The notes under the pieces were generated by a model. The model was not told where the DNA came from. It searched no databases and worked only from the letters and a program-made list of their open reading frames with translations. DNA of 64,000 nucleotides from an uncultured Candidatus Rokubacteria bacterium (GTDB taxonomy: Bacteria; Methylomirabilota; Methylomirabilia; Rokubacteriales; CSP1-6): NCBI GenBank assembly GCA_963754315.1, contig CAVWFS010000015.1, positions 128,001 through 192,000 on the forward strand, read 5' to 3'. Shown in pieces: positions 19,493 to 29,360 of the stretch. A program made the translations under genes and the position numbers. Each line of letters starts with the position of its first letter. Positions within the stretch are counted from its first letter, which is position 1.

Positions 19493-19870
19493 TCACGGCC
19501 GAAATATCCGCCGAAAGCGCCGCCGGGCAACATCATCGAGCCCGGTCCGGAACCGCCAGTACTGGGTCAGAAATAGCCGACCGCGAGTCGTCAAGCGCGT
19601 GCCGCCACGGGAACCCCGTCCCGGGTGGCGCTCCAGGAATTGGAAGCCGGCCGCCTTCTCCAGCTCCCTCAGGTATCCCCAGGCGTTACGGTATGACATG
19701 TTGAACCGCTCCACGGCCTGCTTCAGGGATCCGAGCTCGTCGATCATCTCCAGCAGCCGGGCTCGCCCATCCCCGAACTTCAATCGATCATCGAAGACCA
19801 CCCAGAGCCGCATCTTCGGCTCCAGCTGGGACACGGGCGTCTCGGACGTGGGCGGTCGCCGTGAGAGCAT
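19493..19870 (-). CDS. modE: ModE-type winged-helix regulator (DNA-binding domain only)
   Basis: Motif FGDGRARLLE.I.E.GSLKQA...MSYRNAW...GG.RLT; no TOBE domain. Confidence 0.8.
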   Translation of the reverse strand: MLSRRPPTSETPVSQLEPKMRLWVVFDDRLKFGDGRARLLEMIDELGSLKQAVERFNMSYRNAWGYLRELEKAAGFQFLERHPGRGSRGGTRLTTRGRLFLTQYWRFRTGLDDVARRRFRRIFRP

Positions 19871-19907
19871 GCGGCCCTATCTTAACGTCGGCAGCCCCGA
19901 GCGCCGC

Positions 19908-21008
19908 TCAGGCGTCGGGAAGTACGTGGGCGGCGATCGCCTTGAAGATGGCCACAACCGGTGATCCGGCCACCAGCCGCATGTCCTCGACCGATCGGCG
20001 TGTGATCAGAGCCATGAGCGGAAAGCCGCAGTCGACCGTTACCCGTACATGGACGCCCTGAGGCTGGAGACTGATAACGGTCCCCGACAAATGGTTGCCG
20101 GGGCTCCCGCCGGTAATCTGCTCCGGGATGGCCAGGGCGACATCCTCAGGCCGCAGGCAGAATCGGACCCGATCTCCAGGCTGCGCGGCGGCGGCTACCT
20201 CGACCGTCTGCCCGCCAGCATCGAGAGAGACCAATCCGTCCTCGGCCCTGATCACCTTGCCATCAACGATCGTCTCGACTCCCACGAACCTGGCCACGAC
20301 CTCCGATATCGGGCTCTGGAAGAGGCGAGCCGTCTCGTCGATTTGCTGGATTCGGCCTGCCATCAGCACGGCCACGCGATCGCCCAGGGTCATGGCCTCA
20401 CTCCGGTCGTGCGTCACCATGACCGTCGTGATGCGATCGTGGCGCAGAATGCGTCCTAGCTCGACGATGAGCGTCTCGCGGGTCGGCTGATCGAGCGCCG
20501 CGAAAGGCTCATCCAAGAGCAGCAGGGCCGGCTGCAGTACCAGCGCCCGCGCAAGGGCAGTGCGCTGAGCTTCCCCGCCTGACAGAGTCCTCGCACGCCG
20601 TTCTCCGAGGTGGCCAATGCCGAGTCGGTCGAGCCAGGGTTGCACTCGAGGGGCAAGGTCGGCTCGGGGCACGCGCCGAAAGCCAAGGCCGAGCGCGGCA
20701 TTCTGGAAGACGGTGGCATCGATCAGCAGCGGATCCTGGAAAACACTCGCCATGTGCCGTCGCACGGCGAGGACTCTCCGCGCATCCACGGGCTCACCCT
20801 TGAATCGAATCGCGCCCGTGGCTGGCGTCTCGAGCAGCCCCAAGGTCCGCAGAAGGGTCGACTTTCCCGATCCGTTGGGACCGATGACGACCAGGATCTC
20901 CCCTTCGAGCACCTCGAGCCGGTCGACCTCCACGGCCACGGCGCCTCCGTACCGGACCGTTACTCCCACCAGCTCCAGCACGGGTGGGGCTTGGTGGTGG
21001 CCCGTCAC
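19908..21008 (-). CDS. tupC: Tungstate ABC transporter ATPase with TOBE domains
   Basis: Motifs GPNGSGKST, LSGGEAQR and C-terminal ITRRSVEDM.L..G..V.A.FKA; follows tupB. Confidence 0.85.
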   Translation of the reverse strand: MTGHHQAPPVLELVGVTVRYGGAVAVEVDRLEVLEGEILVVIGPNGSGKSTLLRTLGLLETPATGAIRFKGEPVDARRVLAVRRHMASVFQDPLLIDATVFQNAALGLGFRRVPRADLAPRVQPWLDRLGIGHLGERRARTLSGGEAQRTALARALVLQPALLLLDEPFAALDQPTRETLIVELGRILRHDRITTVMVTHDRSEAMTLGDRVAVLMAGRIQQIDETARLFQSPISEVVARFVGVETIVDGKVIRAEDGLVSLDAGGQTVEVAAAAQPGDRVRFCLRPEDVALAIPEQITGGSPGNHLSGTVISLQPQGVHVRVTVDCGFPLMALITRRSVEDMRLVAGSPVVAIFKAIAAHVLPDA

Positions 21009-21706
21009 CGTCCCACGGATCCGCTCTGCTGGATGGAGGTGAGGGCCCAGTTCACGAGGAACACGAGCACGAGCAGGAGAACGGCCAGGGCCAGGGCGAT
21101 GTCGAAGTTGCCCTTGCTCGTCTCGAGCACCATGGCCGTTGTCAAGGTTCGCGTGTGTCCCTTGATATTCCCGCCGACCATCAGAGAGGCGCCGATTTCG
21201 GAGATGATCCCGCCAAAACCGGCCATGACGGCAGCCAGCATGGGCAATCGAGCCTCACGGAGGACGACCCAGGTCATCTGCGGCCGCGACGCCCCCAGGG
21301 CCAAGAGCTGCAATCGGAACTTCGCGGGCACGTTCTGCACGGCCGCGAGGGTGATCCCGGTGACGATGGGCGAGGCAATCACGGCCTGCGCCACAATGAT
21401 GGCCGCCGGCGTGTACAGGATCTCCATGAAGCCAAGCGGCCCGCTTCGCCACAGCGCCAGAGATACGAACAGGCCGACCACGACCGGGGGCAGTCCCATC
21501 CCCGTGTTGACCGCGCTCACGATCAGGTTCCTGCCCCGGAAACGCCCAAGCGCGAGCGCGACGCCGGCGGGAATCCCCAGCCCCAGAGACACGAGCGTGG
21601 CCGTCGTCGAGACCTGAAGCGAGAGCCACAGCACGGCCCATACCTCGCCGTCGCCGCCGAAAAGCAGCGTGACGGCCTGGCCGAGTGCGTCGAGGAGCAG
21701 GCTCAC
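21005..21706 (-). CDS. tupB: Tungstate ABC transporter permease
   Basis: Motifs NTGMGLPPVVVGL and ISEIGASLMVGGNIKGHTRTLTTA. Confidence 0.92.
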   Translation of the reverse strand: MSLLLDALGQAVTLLFGGDGEVWAVLWLSLQVSTTATLVSLGLGIPAGVALALGRFRGRNLIVSAVNTGMGLPPVVVGLFVSLALWRSGPLGFMEILYTPAAIIVAQAVIASPIVTGITLAAVQNVPAKFRLQLLALGASRPQMTWVVLREARLPMLAAVMAGFGGIISEIGASLMVGGNIKGHTRTLTTAMVLETSKGNFDIALALAVLLLVLVFLVNWALTSIQQSGSVGR

Positions 21707-21709
21707 GCG

Positions 21710-22582
21710 CTAGAGATCTTCGTCCTTCTTGCCGGCGATGGGGACGAACAGCGCCCGTGAGAACTTCTCGACTCCGAACGTCTTGATGACCTCTTGCGTC
21801 GCCGGGGACACCATGAAGTCGGCGAACGCCTTGCCGGCCGCCGCGTTGACCCGCGGTCCGTTGGCCGGATTGACCTCCATCACCGAGTAGATGTTGAGCA
21901 GAGGCCGGTCTCCCTCGACCATGATGGTGAGCGCCACCCGCTTGGCGAATGCCAGCAAGGTCGCGCGATCGGTGATCGTGTACGCCTGACGATCGTCCGC
22001 AATGCCGAGGGTGGCCCCCATGCCTTGCCCTGACTCGATGTACCACGGCGGGCCGGGCGTGACGCCCGCCTCTTTCCAAAGGGCGAGCTCCAGGGTGTGC
22101 GTGCCCGACTTGTCCCCGCGCGACACGAAACGCGCCTTCGCCTCGGCGATCCGCTTGAGGGCGGCCACCACGCTCTTTTCCCCCCGAATCTTTGCTGGAT
22201 CCGCCTCGGGACCGATGAGGACGAAGTCGTTGTACATGACGAGACGCCGGTTGAGCATCTTGCCATCTGCAACGTACTTCTTCTCGAGGGCCGGGGCGTG
22301 GGCGAGCGTGACGTCGGCCTCTCCACGCGCGGCCAGGGCCAGTGCCTGGCCGGTGCCCACGGAGACGGTCTTGACGCTATAGCCCGTCTGGCGTTCGAAC
22401 ATCGGCACCAGGACGTCGAGCAACCCCGAGTCCTGGGTGCTGGTCGTCGTCGAGAGGATCAAGGTGCGGGAGGCGGGCGCCTGGGCGCGGGCGCCGCCAC
22501 TGACGGCGATGACGAGTAGACCAACGAGCAGGAGGCTGAGCCCCCAACGGGGTGCGCAGCCTTGACGCGGATCGTTGCCCAT
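21710..22582 (-). CDS. tupA: Tungstate-binding periplasmic protein
   Basis: TupA signature TTTSTQDSGLLD, plus GTGQAL, SRGDKSGTH, GQGMG; signal peptide. Confidence 0.93.
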   Translation of the reverse strand: MGNDPRQGCAPRWGLSLLLVGLLVIAVSGGARAQAPASRTLILSTTTSTQDSGLLDVLVPMFERQTGYSVKTVSVGTGQALALAARGEADVTLAHAPALEKKYVADGKMLNRRLVMYNDFVLIGPEADPAKIRGEKSVVAALKRIAEAKARFVSRGDKSGTHTLELALWKEAGVTPGPPWYIESGQGMGATLGIADDRQAYTITDRATLLAFAKRVALTIMVEGDRPLLNIYSVMEVNPANGPRVNAAAGKAFADFMVSPATQEVIKTFGVEKFSRALFVPIAGKKDEDL

Positions 22583-22633
22583 GGATTTGTCCTCATCGAG
22601 GCCACGACAGGCTCGTTCGCCCTTCGCGGCCTT

Positions 22634-22653
22634 TTGTGCTTTTGGAAGCATAA
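22634..22653. promoter_or_regulatory. Imperfect palindrome, candidate operator upstream of tupA
   Basis: TTGTGCT-N6-AGCATAA in an AT-rich patch about 50 nt upstream of tupA. Confidence 0.4.
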
Positions 22654-22766
22654 GGGGGAGAGTCGCACAAGACAAGTCGGCTCGGGGCCCGCTTGCTCAG
22701 CTCCCTGTCGGCGTATTACGCTCGGCGCGTTCGCTCGAACGAGGCAGAGCCCCCTAGGAGGCAACC

Positions 22767-23285
22767 ATGGCAGACAGAACGGTGACTCTCAGAGGCAATC
22801 CACTCACCCTCGGCGGCAGCGAGGTGAAACCGGGTCAGGCCGCTCCCGATTTCACCGCCATCGACAACGGCTTGCAGACCGTGCGTCTCAGCGACGCCAA
22901 GGGCAAGGTGGTCATTCTCAGCTCGGTGCCGTCGCTCGATACCCCGGTGTGTGACACGGAGACGCGGCGCTTCAATCAGGAGGCCGGCGCCCTGGGCAGT
23001 GACGTGGAGGTCTGGACCATCAGCATGGATTTGCCGTTTGCCCAGAAGCGCTGGTGCGGGGCGGCCGGCGTCACGGCCGTGAAGACCCTCTCCGACTTCC
23101 GTGAAAAATCGTTCGGTCAGCACTACGGGGTCGCCATCACCAGCGGGCCCTTGGCGGGGGTGAACGCCCGCGCCGTGTTCGTGGTCGGCAAGGACGGCAA
23201 GGTCAAGCACGTGGAATACGTGCCCGAGATTGCCAGCGAGCCGAACTACGCGGCGGCCCTCAGCGCAGCCCGCGCGGCTGGCTAG
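22767..23285 (+). CDS. tpx: Thiol peroxidase (atypical 2-Cys)
   Basis: Motifs VPSLDTPVC, SMDLPFAQKRWCGA, ARAVFV, EPNY. Confidence 0.96.
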   Translation: MADRTVTLRGNPLTLGGSEVKPGQAAPDFTAIDNGLQTVRLSDAKGKVVILSSVPSLDTPVCDTETRRFNQEAGALGSDVEVWTISMDLPFAQKRWCGAAGVTAVKTLSDFREKSFGQHYGVAITSGPLAGVNARAVFVVGKDGKVKHVEYVPEIASEPNYAAALSAARAAG

Positions 23286-23337
23286 GGCGGCCTGTGGTGA
23301 CGCACGACGCGCGCGAGGCGGCCTAGCCCGAATTTCG

Positions 23338-23736
23338 TCAGACGGCGTTCAAGGCGGGTGCGGAGCCCGTCAAGCTCGGTATGCTCGGCGGCGCCCAGGC
23401 GAGACGGGTCTGCGCGTCGCCGCCGCCAGGCCGAACACATCCTCCACGCCAGAGGTCTCCTTGGGATCCGCCCTCCATGGGGCTGAGGAGCATGACGTCG
23501 GCGCCGTTGCGTAACACGTCGGCGCCGGTGGCCAGCTCTCCGTCCACCCCGATCGTGACGTCGTACGCGGCCGTGATGCCGATGGTGTTGAGCAGGTCGG
23601 CCACGCAGGCGCCGGCGGCCAGCGTGTAGCGCTGCGGACCGTCCACGCCCGGCGGCAGGAACCGGCGCAGATCGGCGAAGAGCGTCACGGTGACCGTGAT
23701 CGACGAGGTCTCCGTTCCGGGCGCAGTCATCGCCAT
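23338..23736 (-). CDS. MoaD/ThiS family sulfur carrier with C-terminal extension
   Basis: Beta-grasp pattern V.LFA.LR...L..G.DV.LL.PMEGG, then 42 extra residues. Confidence 0.75.
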   Translation of the reverse strand: MAMTAPGTETSSITVTVTLFADLRRFLPPGVDGPQRYTLAAGACVADLLNTIGITAAYDVTIGVDGELATGADVLRNGADVMLLSPMEGGSQGDLWRGGCVRPGGGDAQTRLAWAPPSIPSLTGSAPALNAV

Positions 23737-23855
23737 GTCCTGGGTGTCTGCCCAGGCATCTTACCCGACTTCCCGCCATCAGGCAGCGTGCCCTACAATC
23801 GTCCTGCAGCTTGCCCTACAATCGGGCGGCGGCTCATCACTCGTGGAGGGACTTC

Positions 23856-24437
23856 ATGGCGCCACCCGTCGATCCCAATACCGTGCTCATGACCGGAGAG
23901 AACTCGTTCATTCGCCTGAGCCGGGACGGAGGGAAGACCCCGTCCGACCGCTTCAGCCACTGGCGCGTGCTGTGGTGCCCGGCCGGGCCCGGCCACGTGC
24001 TCTTCGCCCAGAGCGAGCTGACGGGTGGCCAGGTGCGCGTCTGGGCCGACAACCCGGCGGTCGCGCGGTGGCTCCAGACGACGATCGAGACCCTTCTTCA
24101 TCCTCCCTTCGCGGACCCCAGTCTGCCCGTCATCAACGCGAGATTCGAGCGCGCGGGGGATCCCCGCTCGACGGCCACCGAGCGTGTGGTGTCCGCGGAT
24201 GCCGAGATCCTGCTCACCTGGTCCGACTTCATCGAGTCGTTCGTTCTCAATGCGCCACCCGGGTTCAACAACCGCCCCATCGGAGTCTTTTCGACGTTCT
24301 TCCCCGCCCGCTCCGCCCAGGTCTCCCTCGGTGGGCGGTTCGCGGAAGCCAAGCCATGGCTCGAGATGCGCGGCGATCGTCAGGGCTCGAGCGCATGCCT
24401 GGCCTGGTCGGAGACGTGGGTCAAGCCGCGCGGCTAG
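23856..24437 (+). CDS. Conserved hypothetical protein
   Basis: GGAGGG RBS; globular beta-rich 193-aa ORF. Confidence 0.75.
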   Translation: MAPPVDPNTVLMTGENSFIRLSRDGGKTPSDRFSHWRVLWCPAGPGHVLFAQSELTGGQVRVWADNPAVARWLQTTIETLLHPPFADPSLPVINARFERAGDPRSTATERVVSADAEILLTWSDFIESFVLNAPPGFNNRPIGVFSTFFPARSAQVSLGGRFAEAKPWLEMRGDRQGSSACLAWSETWVKPRG

Positions 24438-24470
24438 GTCCCCGGGGAGACAGCCGCCGGCGACGACGGC

Positions 24471-24499
24471 TTGACGCCGTCGGCAGGCTCGTCTACTTT
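24471..24499 (+). promoter_or_regulatory. Sigma70-type promoter for the ilvE-like gene
   Basis: TTGACG-N17-TACTTT, about 30 nt before the ATG. Confidence 0.55.
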
Positions 24500-24528
24500 C
24501 GCTCAGGACGTACCAGGAGGGGTGACCT

Positions 24529-25452
24529 ATGCCAGAGCTGAAGATCTGGATGAACGGTAAGCTCGTGCCCGGCGCCGAGGCGGTCCTGCCCGTCAACAGT
24601 GCCGCCGTCTTCTATGCCACCAACGTGTTCGAAGGGCTCCGCGCCTACTGGAACGAGGGCGAGGAGGAGCTGTACTGCTTCCGCCTCGACGCACACTTCG
24701 CGCGGCTGCGGGAGTCCATGAAAATGATGCGGTTCACGGTGCCCTACAGCGACACCGACCTCGACGCGGCCGTCCGCGAGGTGTTAGCGGGAAATCAGGT
24801 GCGCGAGGACATCCACATGCATCTGGTCGCCTACGTGGTGGGAGCGGGCATGGACGCCGTCACCCCGACCGGGCTCTACATCAACCCGCGTCGGCGTGGA
24901 CGCCTGTCCGAGTCGGAAGGCCTCCGGTGCTGCGTCAGCTCCTGGGCACGCACCAGCGATAACGCCATCCCCATCCGTCTCAAGTGCGGCGCCAACTACC
25001 AGAACGGTCGCCTGGCGCTCTTGCAGGCGAAGGCCGACGGCTATGACGCCCCCATCTTCCTGAATCAGCGCGGAAAGGTGGCCGAGGGCACCGGCGCCAC
25101 CTTCTTCATGGTGCGCAAGGGCAAGCTGGTGACGCCTCCCATCTCCAGCGACATTCTGGAATCGATCACCCGCACCACCCTCATCGAGGATCTCGCGCCC
25201 GACGTGCTGGGGCTCGAGGTGGTCGAGCGCGACATCGATCGCACTGAGCTGTATGTGGCCGAGGAGGCCTTCTTCTGCGGCAGCGGCTACGAGATCACTC
25301 CCATCGTATCCATCGACCGCTTCCCGCTTGGTGATGGTCACGTCGGATCCATCACCCAGAAGCTCCTGACCGCCTACATGAACACGGTGCGAGGCGTGGA
25401 CAAGCGCCATCCCGAGTGGAGGACGGCCGTCTACCGCCCTGGTGTCGTGTAG
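24529..25452 (+). CDS. ilvE: Class IV PLP aminotransferase (branched-chain amino acid type)
   Basis: Motifs VFEGLRAY, FRLDAHFARL, K.GANY, EG.G..FF, ILESITR, EAFFCGS. Confidence 0.85.
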   Translation: MPELKIWMNGKLVPGAEAVLPVNSAAVFYATNVFEGLRAYWNEGEEELYCFRLDAHFARLRESMKMMRFTVPYSDTDLDAAVREVLAGNQVREDIHMHLVAYVVGAGMDAVTPTGLYINPRRRGRLSESEGLRCCVSSWARTSDNAIPIRLKCGANYQNGRLALLQAKADGYDAPIFLNQRGKVAEGTGATFFMVRKGKLVTPPISSDILESITRTTLIEDLAPDVLGLEVVERDIDRTELYVAEEAFFCGSGYEITPIVSIDRFPLGDGHVGSITQKLLTAYMNTVRGVDKRHPEWRTAVYRPGVV

Positions 25453-26950
25453 AGTTCGGAGAGAGAGACCTTCACCAGCTGGCCCCGTTTCAAACGATCG
25501 CTCGGGGCCAGCCCGTTGACGACGGCGACCATGGCCGCGCTCCAGCGCGTGCCCGAGCGAGCGGCAAGGGCACTCACGGTTTCTCCCTCTCTGGCCTCCA
25601 CGAGGCGAAGGCGATCCTCGCGAATGCTTCCCCGCTCCTTCTGGGTGAGCGGCCTGAAGCTCTGCATCGTGCTCGCGAACACGGGGCCGAACGCCTCGCT
25701 CCGCTCGAGCGGGGTGACCCCAGCGATCTGGTAGATACGTCCCTTGTAGGCGATCCAGGCGAGGAGCGCGGTAACCTCACGCGTGTCCGTGCGCCCTCGG
25801 AGTCGGGTGCGGGCAGCCGGTAGGCCGCCGACGGTCAGGCGCTCGGTCGTCGGCAGCACCGGCGCTCGGCTCGCTTCCTGGACGATCTTGGCGCCGATGA
25901 GGGGATCGTCTCCCTGGGCGACCACCTCCAAGGTCATGAACCCCTGCTGATCAGGAGCCACGGCCGCTGCTTGCGCTCGGTTGTTCTCGGTGGACCAGCG
26001 CTCGGGGAAGAGCACGGTGAAATCGAGATCGGGATGTAAGAATCGCGGCCCCTCGAATACGCCCTCTGCCGCCCGCGCCCCCACCGGGAGCCCCTCGAGC
26101 CGCCGGAGGAACGCCGTCCCGATCGGGACTGCATCGGGGCTTCCGGCGCCCGTGCCAGCTCGCGGGCATGCTCGGCGGTTGCGGCCACTCGCTCCGGCGT
26201 TGCCGGGTGCGAATCGAGAAAGCTGGGCCGGCGAGGTCCGCCGCCGCTGAGATCTTCTTCCCGGCTGAGCGTCTTCAGAAATGCGGGCAGCCCCGCCGGA
26301 TCCCAGCCCGCGGCCGCGGCGAGACCCTGGCCCACCCGGTCGGCCTCGCGCTCCTGATCACGGCTGTAGGGAGCGAGGATCAGCTCCGATGCCGCGGCCC
26401 CGGCCCCTCCGACCGCGCGGCCTAACCCCGGACTGACCACTCCGGTCACGGCGGCGCCGATGCCCGTCACCACGGCGAGCGGCGCCGCCCGGGAGATTTG
26501 CTGGACGGAGTGCCGGGCCGCCACATGGCCGATCTCGTGGCCGATCACCCCGGCCAGCTCGTCCTCGGAGTTCACGAAGACGAGCAGCCCACGCGTCACG
26601 TAGACGTAGCCGCCGGGAAGAGCAAACGCGTTGGGTTCAGTGCGGTCGACCACCTGGAACCGATACTCGACGTCGCGCCGGGGCGATTGAGCGGCGAGCC
26701 GCTGCCCCACGCCTTGCACGTAGGCGACGAGGGCGGGATCGGCGAGCAACCCCATCTCCTGCTCGACCCGGCGTGCTTCGTCACGGCCCAGCTCCTTCTC
26801 GCGCTCGGCCGACACCAGCACCAGCTCCGACCGCCCCGTGACCGGATTGGTGGCGCAACCGCCGGCGGCGACCGCCACCACACCGAGAGCGGCCCAGAGG
26901 GCGACGACCCGATATGGACGATCTCCACGCCTCACGGCATCCAGCCCCAT
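25431..26950 (-). CDS. M48 zinc metalloprotease lipoprotein with LysM-like C-terminus (frameshift about 26115-26135)
   Basis: Lipobox AGGC, then ATNPVTG, NAFALPGG, HEIGH, YSRDQEREAD, SHP. The C-terminal half continues in ORF 25431..26084. Confidence 0.85.
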
Positions 26951-27002
26951 CTCATCGAAGCATAGGACTGGTCGGCGTCCCGCCTTGGCCTCCGCGCAGT
27001 CT

Positions 27003-27075
27003 TTCGAGCGGTTGCGGTCAGCGGCCGGAGCGCGCGCGACGCGAGCGGCCGTTTCGCGGCACCGCGTTGTTGGGC
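27003..27075 (-). mobile_element. Degenerate integron attC-like site
   Basis: R'' GCCCAAC, L'' GCGGTGCCGCG / L' CGCTGACCGC and a central CGGCCG palindrome. R' appears decayed (GCTCGAA instead of GTTRRRY). Confidence 0.5.
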
Positions 27076-27362
27076 GGAGCGCTGAGCGCCGTCTCCCGCG
27101 CAATCCGTTCGGCAAGAAACACCTTCAGCAGAGATTGATACGGCACGTCCCGTTTGTTGGCCAGTGCCTTCAATTCGGCGAGCAGCGCGGCGGGAAGTCG
27201 TAACGAGATCGTCTCGGTGGACGGCTTCAGGTTGGGAAATACTGCCACGCGAGCCGTGCTCCAATCGACGAACGGACTCGCGTCATGGGTCTCCCAGAAC
27301 CGACGTTCCTCGGCCTCAGAGCTAAAGGTCGGCATCGTCCTACGGGCGCGTCGCTTGAGCAT
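27018..27362 (-). CDS. brnA: BrnA/CopG-type antitoxin
   Basis: Pattern PTFSSEAEERRFWETHD...LKPST.TISLRLP..LL..LK..ANKRDVPYQSL. Confidence 0.88.
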   Translation of the reverse strand: MLKRRARRTMPTFSSEAEERRFWETHDASPFVDWSTARVAVFPNLKPSTETISLRLPAALLAELKALANKRDVPYQSLLKVFLAERIARETALSAPPNNAVPRNGRSRRARSGR

Positions 27363-27657
27363 AACCTCTTCTTTCTCGACGGCTCATCGGGCGCGCTGAG
27401 ATCACCCGCAGCAGCTGGCCGCGGAGAGTGAAGACGACCGTCAAGAGACGTCCTCTGTCCGTGCGCCCGAAAGCGAAGTACCTCGCCTCCCGACTGGTTG
27501 AGTGCACGACGTCGCCGAGGACGACGACAGGCCGGTTGACAAGCGCCTGCTCGGCCTCCGTCTGGCTGACGCCGTGGCTCGTCCAGTTCTTGGAGGAGTT
27601 GCCTTCATCCCACTGGAATCCCTCAACAGCGGGGAAGAATTCCGGGATGAGGGCCAC
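27340..27657 (-). CDS. brnT: BrnT family ribonuclease toxin
   Basis: Pattern FQWDEGNSSKNW..HGVS..EAE...E.RY..FG...RLLTVVFTLR...RVISARPM. Confidence 0.92.
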   Translation of the reverse strand: MALIPEFFPAVEGFQWDEGNSSKNWTSHGVSQTEAEQALVNRPVVVLGDVVHSTSREARYFAFGRTDRGRLLTVVFTLRGQLLRVISARPMSRRERRGYAQATRP

Positions 27658-27664
27658 AATTCGG

Positions 27665-27693
27665 AGTATACGTCTGTGATATACACGTTACAA
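27665..27693 (-). promoter_or_regulatory. TA operon promoter with overlapping palindromic operator
   Basis: TTGTAA-N17-TATACT, with the near-palindrome GTGTATATCAC in the spacer. Confidence 0.7.
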
Positions 27694-27759
27694 GCAGGAG
27701 AAAATGGCGTCCCGGTCCCGACGTCGAGCTGGCGACCCCTGTCGGGACCCTCCAATCAC

Positions 27760-29358
27760 CTAACCAGTCAGCACCCGGCCGGTACCGGCGGCGTTCATGC
27801 GCCCGGCGTCGACGACGACAGCACCGTTGACGATCACGTACGGGATGCCGACCGGATAGCGATGGGGATCGGCGTAGGTCGATTCGTCGCGTACCGTGGC
27901 CGGATCGAACACGGTCACGTCGGCGGCGGCGCCCGGCCGCAGCAGCCCGCGGTCCTTCAGGCCCAGGCGCCGAGCAGGCATGCCGGTCATCTTGTGCACG
28001 GCCGTCTCCAGCGAGAAGAGCGCGCGGTCGCGCGCATACTCCCCCAGCACCCTGGGGAACGTCCCGTACATCCGGGGATGCGGCTTGCCCGTGCGTGGCC
28101 CCTGCCCCTCGGAGAGCCCGATGGAATCGGAGCCGATCATGGTCGCCGGATGCGCGAGCACCTTGGCGACGTTCTCGAGATTCTGTGAGAACGACACCAT
28201 CCCCACCGTCGCCCGTTCGCCCAGGAGGAGGTCCATCAGGGACTCGGCGGGAGCTTTGCCGGTCTGATTCGCCAGCGCGGCCAGGGTGAGCCCTTCCAGC
28301 TCGTGCCGACGGCAGGTGGCGATCCGGATCTCGTCGAAGCCTACCGCTCCCTGTGAGACCGTTCGCCAGCGCTCGCCGTCCACCAGGCACTCGTCCACGA
28401 TGCGACGCCGCGTGGCGGGGTCGCCCAGGCGCTCCAGGAGCTTGACGATCCCGCCGTCGTGCACCCACGCGGGCATCAGGTTGTCCATCTTCGTGCTGCC
28501 GGCGTGATACGGGTAGACATCGCCGGTCACGTCCACGCCCCGCGCGCGCGCGTCGTCCAAGAGACGTAGAACCCGGTCCATCTTGCCCCAGTTCTCGCGT
28601 CCGCCCACCTTGACGTGGGCGATCTGCACGCCCACGCCGCCCTCTTCGCCGATGCGGATGGCCTCGCGGATGGACTCCTCCACCATGGCGCTCTCGCCGC
28701 GCACATGCGAGAAGTAGAGCCCTCCACGCCGAGCCATCGAGCGCGCCAGCGCCACCAGTTCCTCGGTGACGCTGTAGGCGCTGGGCGGATACACAAGTCC
28801 CGTGGAGTACCCGAAGGCCCCCGCGTCGAGCGCCTCCGCCAGCATGCGCTCCATGGCGCGCAGATCTTCGGTCGTCACGGGTCTGTTGTCGGGTCCGATG
28901 GCGGCCAGCCGCAGGGCCCCATGCCCCACGAACTGCACGACGTTGATCGACGGCTTCTGCGCCCGAAGCGCGTCGAGGTACTGAGGGAATGTCTCCCAGC
29001 GGAAGTCGGCCGAGGCGCCGATGCCCCCCGCCCACGTCTGGACGAGTTCCTCCCGCCCCGGTGCGATCGGCGCAGGAGAGAACGAGCACATGCCCACCAC
29101 TTCCGTCGTGCAACCCTGGCGGATCTTGGACTCGGCCGACGGGCACGCGAAGTAGAAGAGATCGGAATGCGAATGGGCATCAATGAAGCCGGGAGCCACC
29201 ACGTGCCCGACGGCGTCGATCACTCGCTGCGCCTGTCCGTCAAGGCTGGGAGCGATGGCCGCCACGCGGTCACCTTCAAGGGCCACGTCGGCCACCCTCC
29301 GCGGGGCGCCGCTTCCATCGATGAGGGTGCCGCCGCGGATCAGCAGTGACCAGGCCAC
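27760..29358 (-). CDS. N-acyl-D-amino-acid deacylase family amidohydrolase
   Basis: Motifs PGFIDAHSHSD, STGLVYPP, SHVRGE, DVYPY, IGSD, HPRMYGTFPRVLG. Confidence 0.92.
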   Translation of the reverse strand: MAWSLLIRGGTLIDGSGAPRRVADVALEGDRVAAIAPSLDGQAQRVIDAVGHVVAPGFIDAHSHSDLFYFACPSAESKIRQGCTTEVVGMCSFSPAPIAPGREELVQTWAGGIGASADFRWETFPQYLDALRAQKPSINVVQFVGHGALRLAAIGPDNRPVTTEDLRAMERMLAEALDAGAFGYSTGLVYPPSAYSVTEELVALARSMARRGGLYFSHVRGESAMVEESIREAIRIGEEGGVGVQIAHVKVGGRENWGKMDRVLRLLDDARARGVDVTGDVYPYHAGSTKMDNLMPAWVHDGGIVKLLERLGDPATRRRIVDECLVDGERWRTVSQGAVGFDEIRIATCRRHELEGLTLAALANQTGKAPAESLMDLLLGERATVGMVSFSQNLENVAKVLAHPATMIGSDSIGLSEGQGPRTGKPHPRMYGTFPRVLGEYARDRALFSLETAVHKMTGMPARRLGLKDRGLLRPGAAADVTVFDPATVRDESTYADPHRYPVGIPYVIVNGAVVVDAGRMNAAGTGRVLTG

Positions 29359-29360
29359 GC

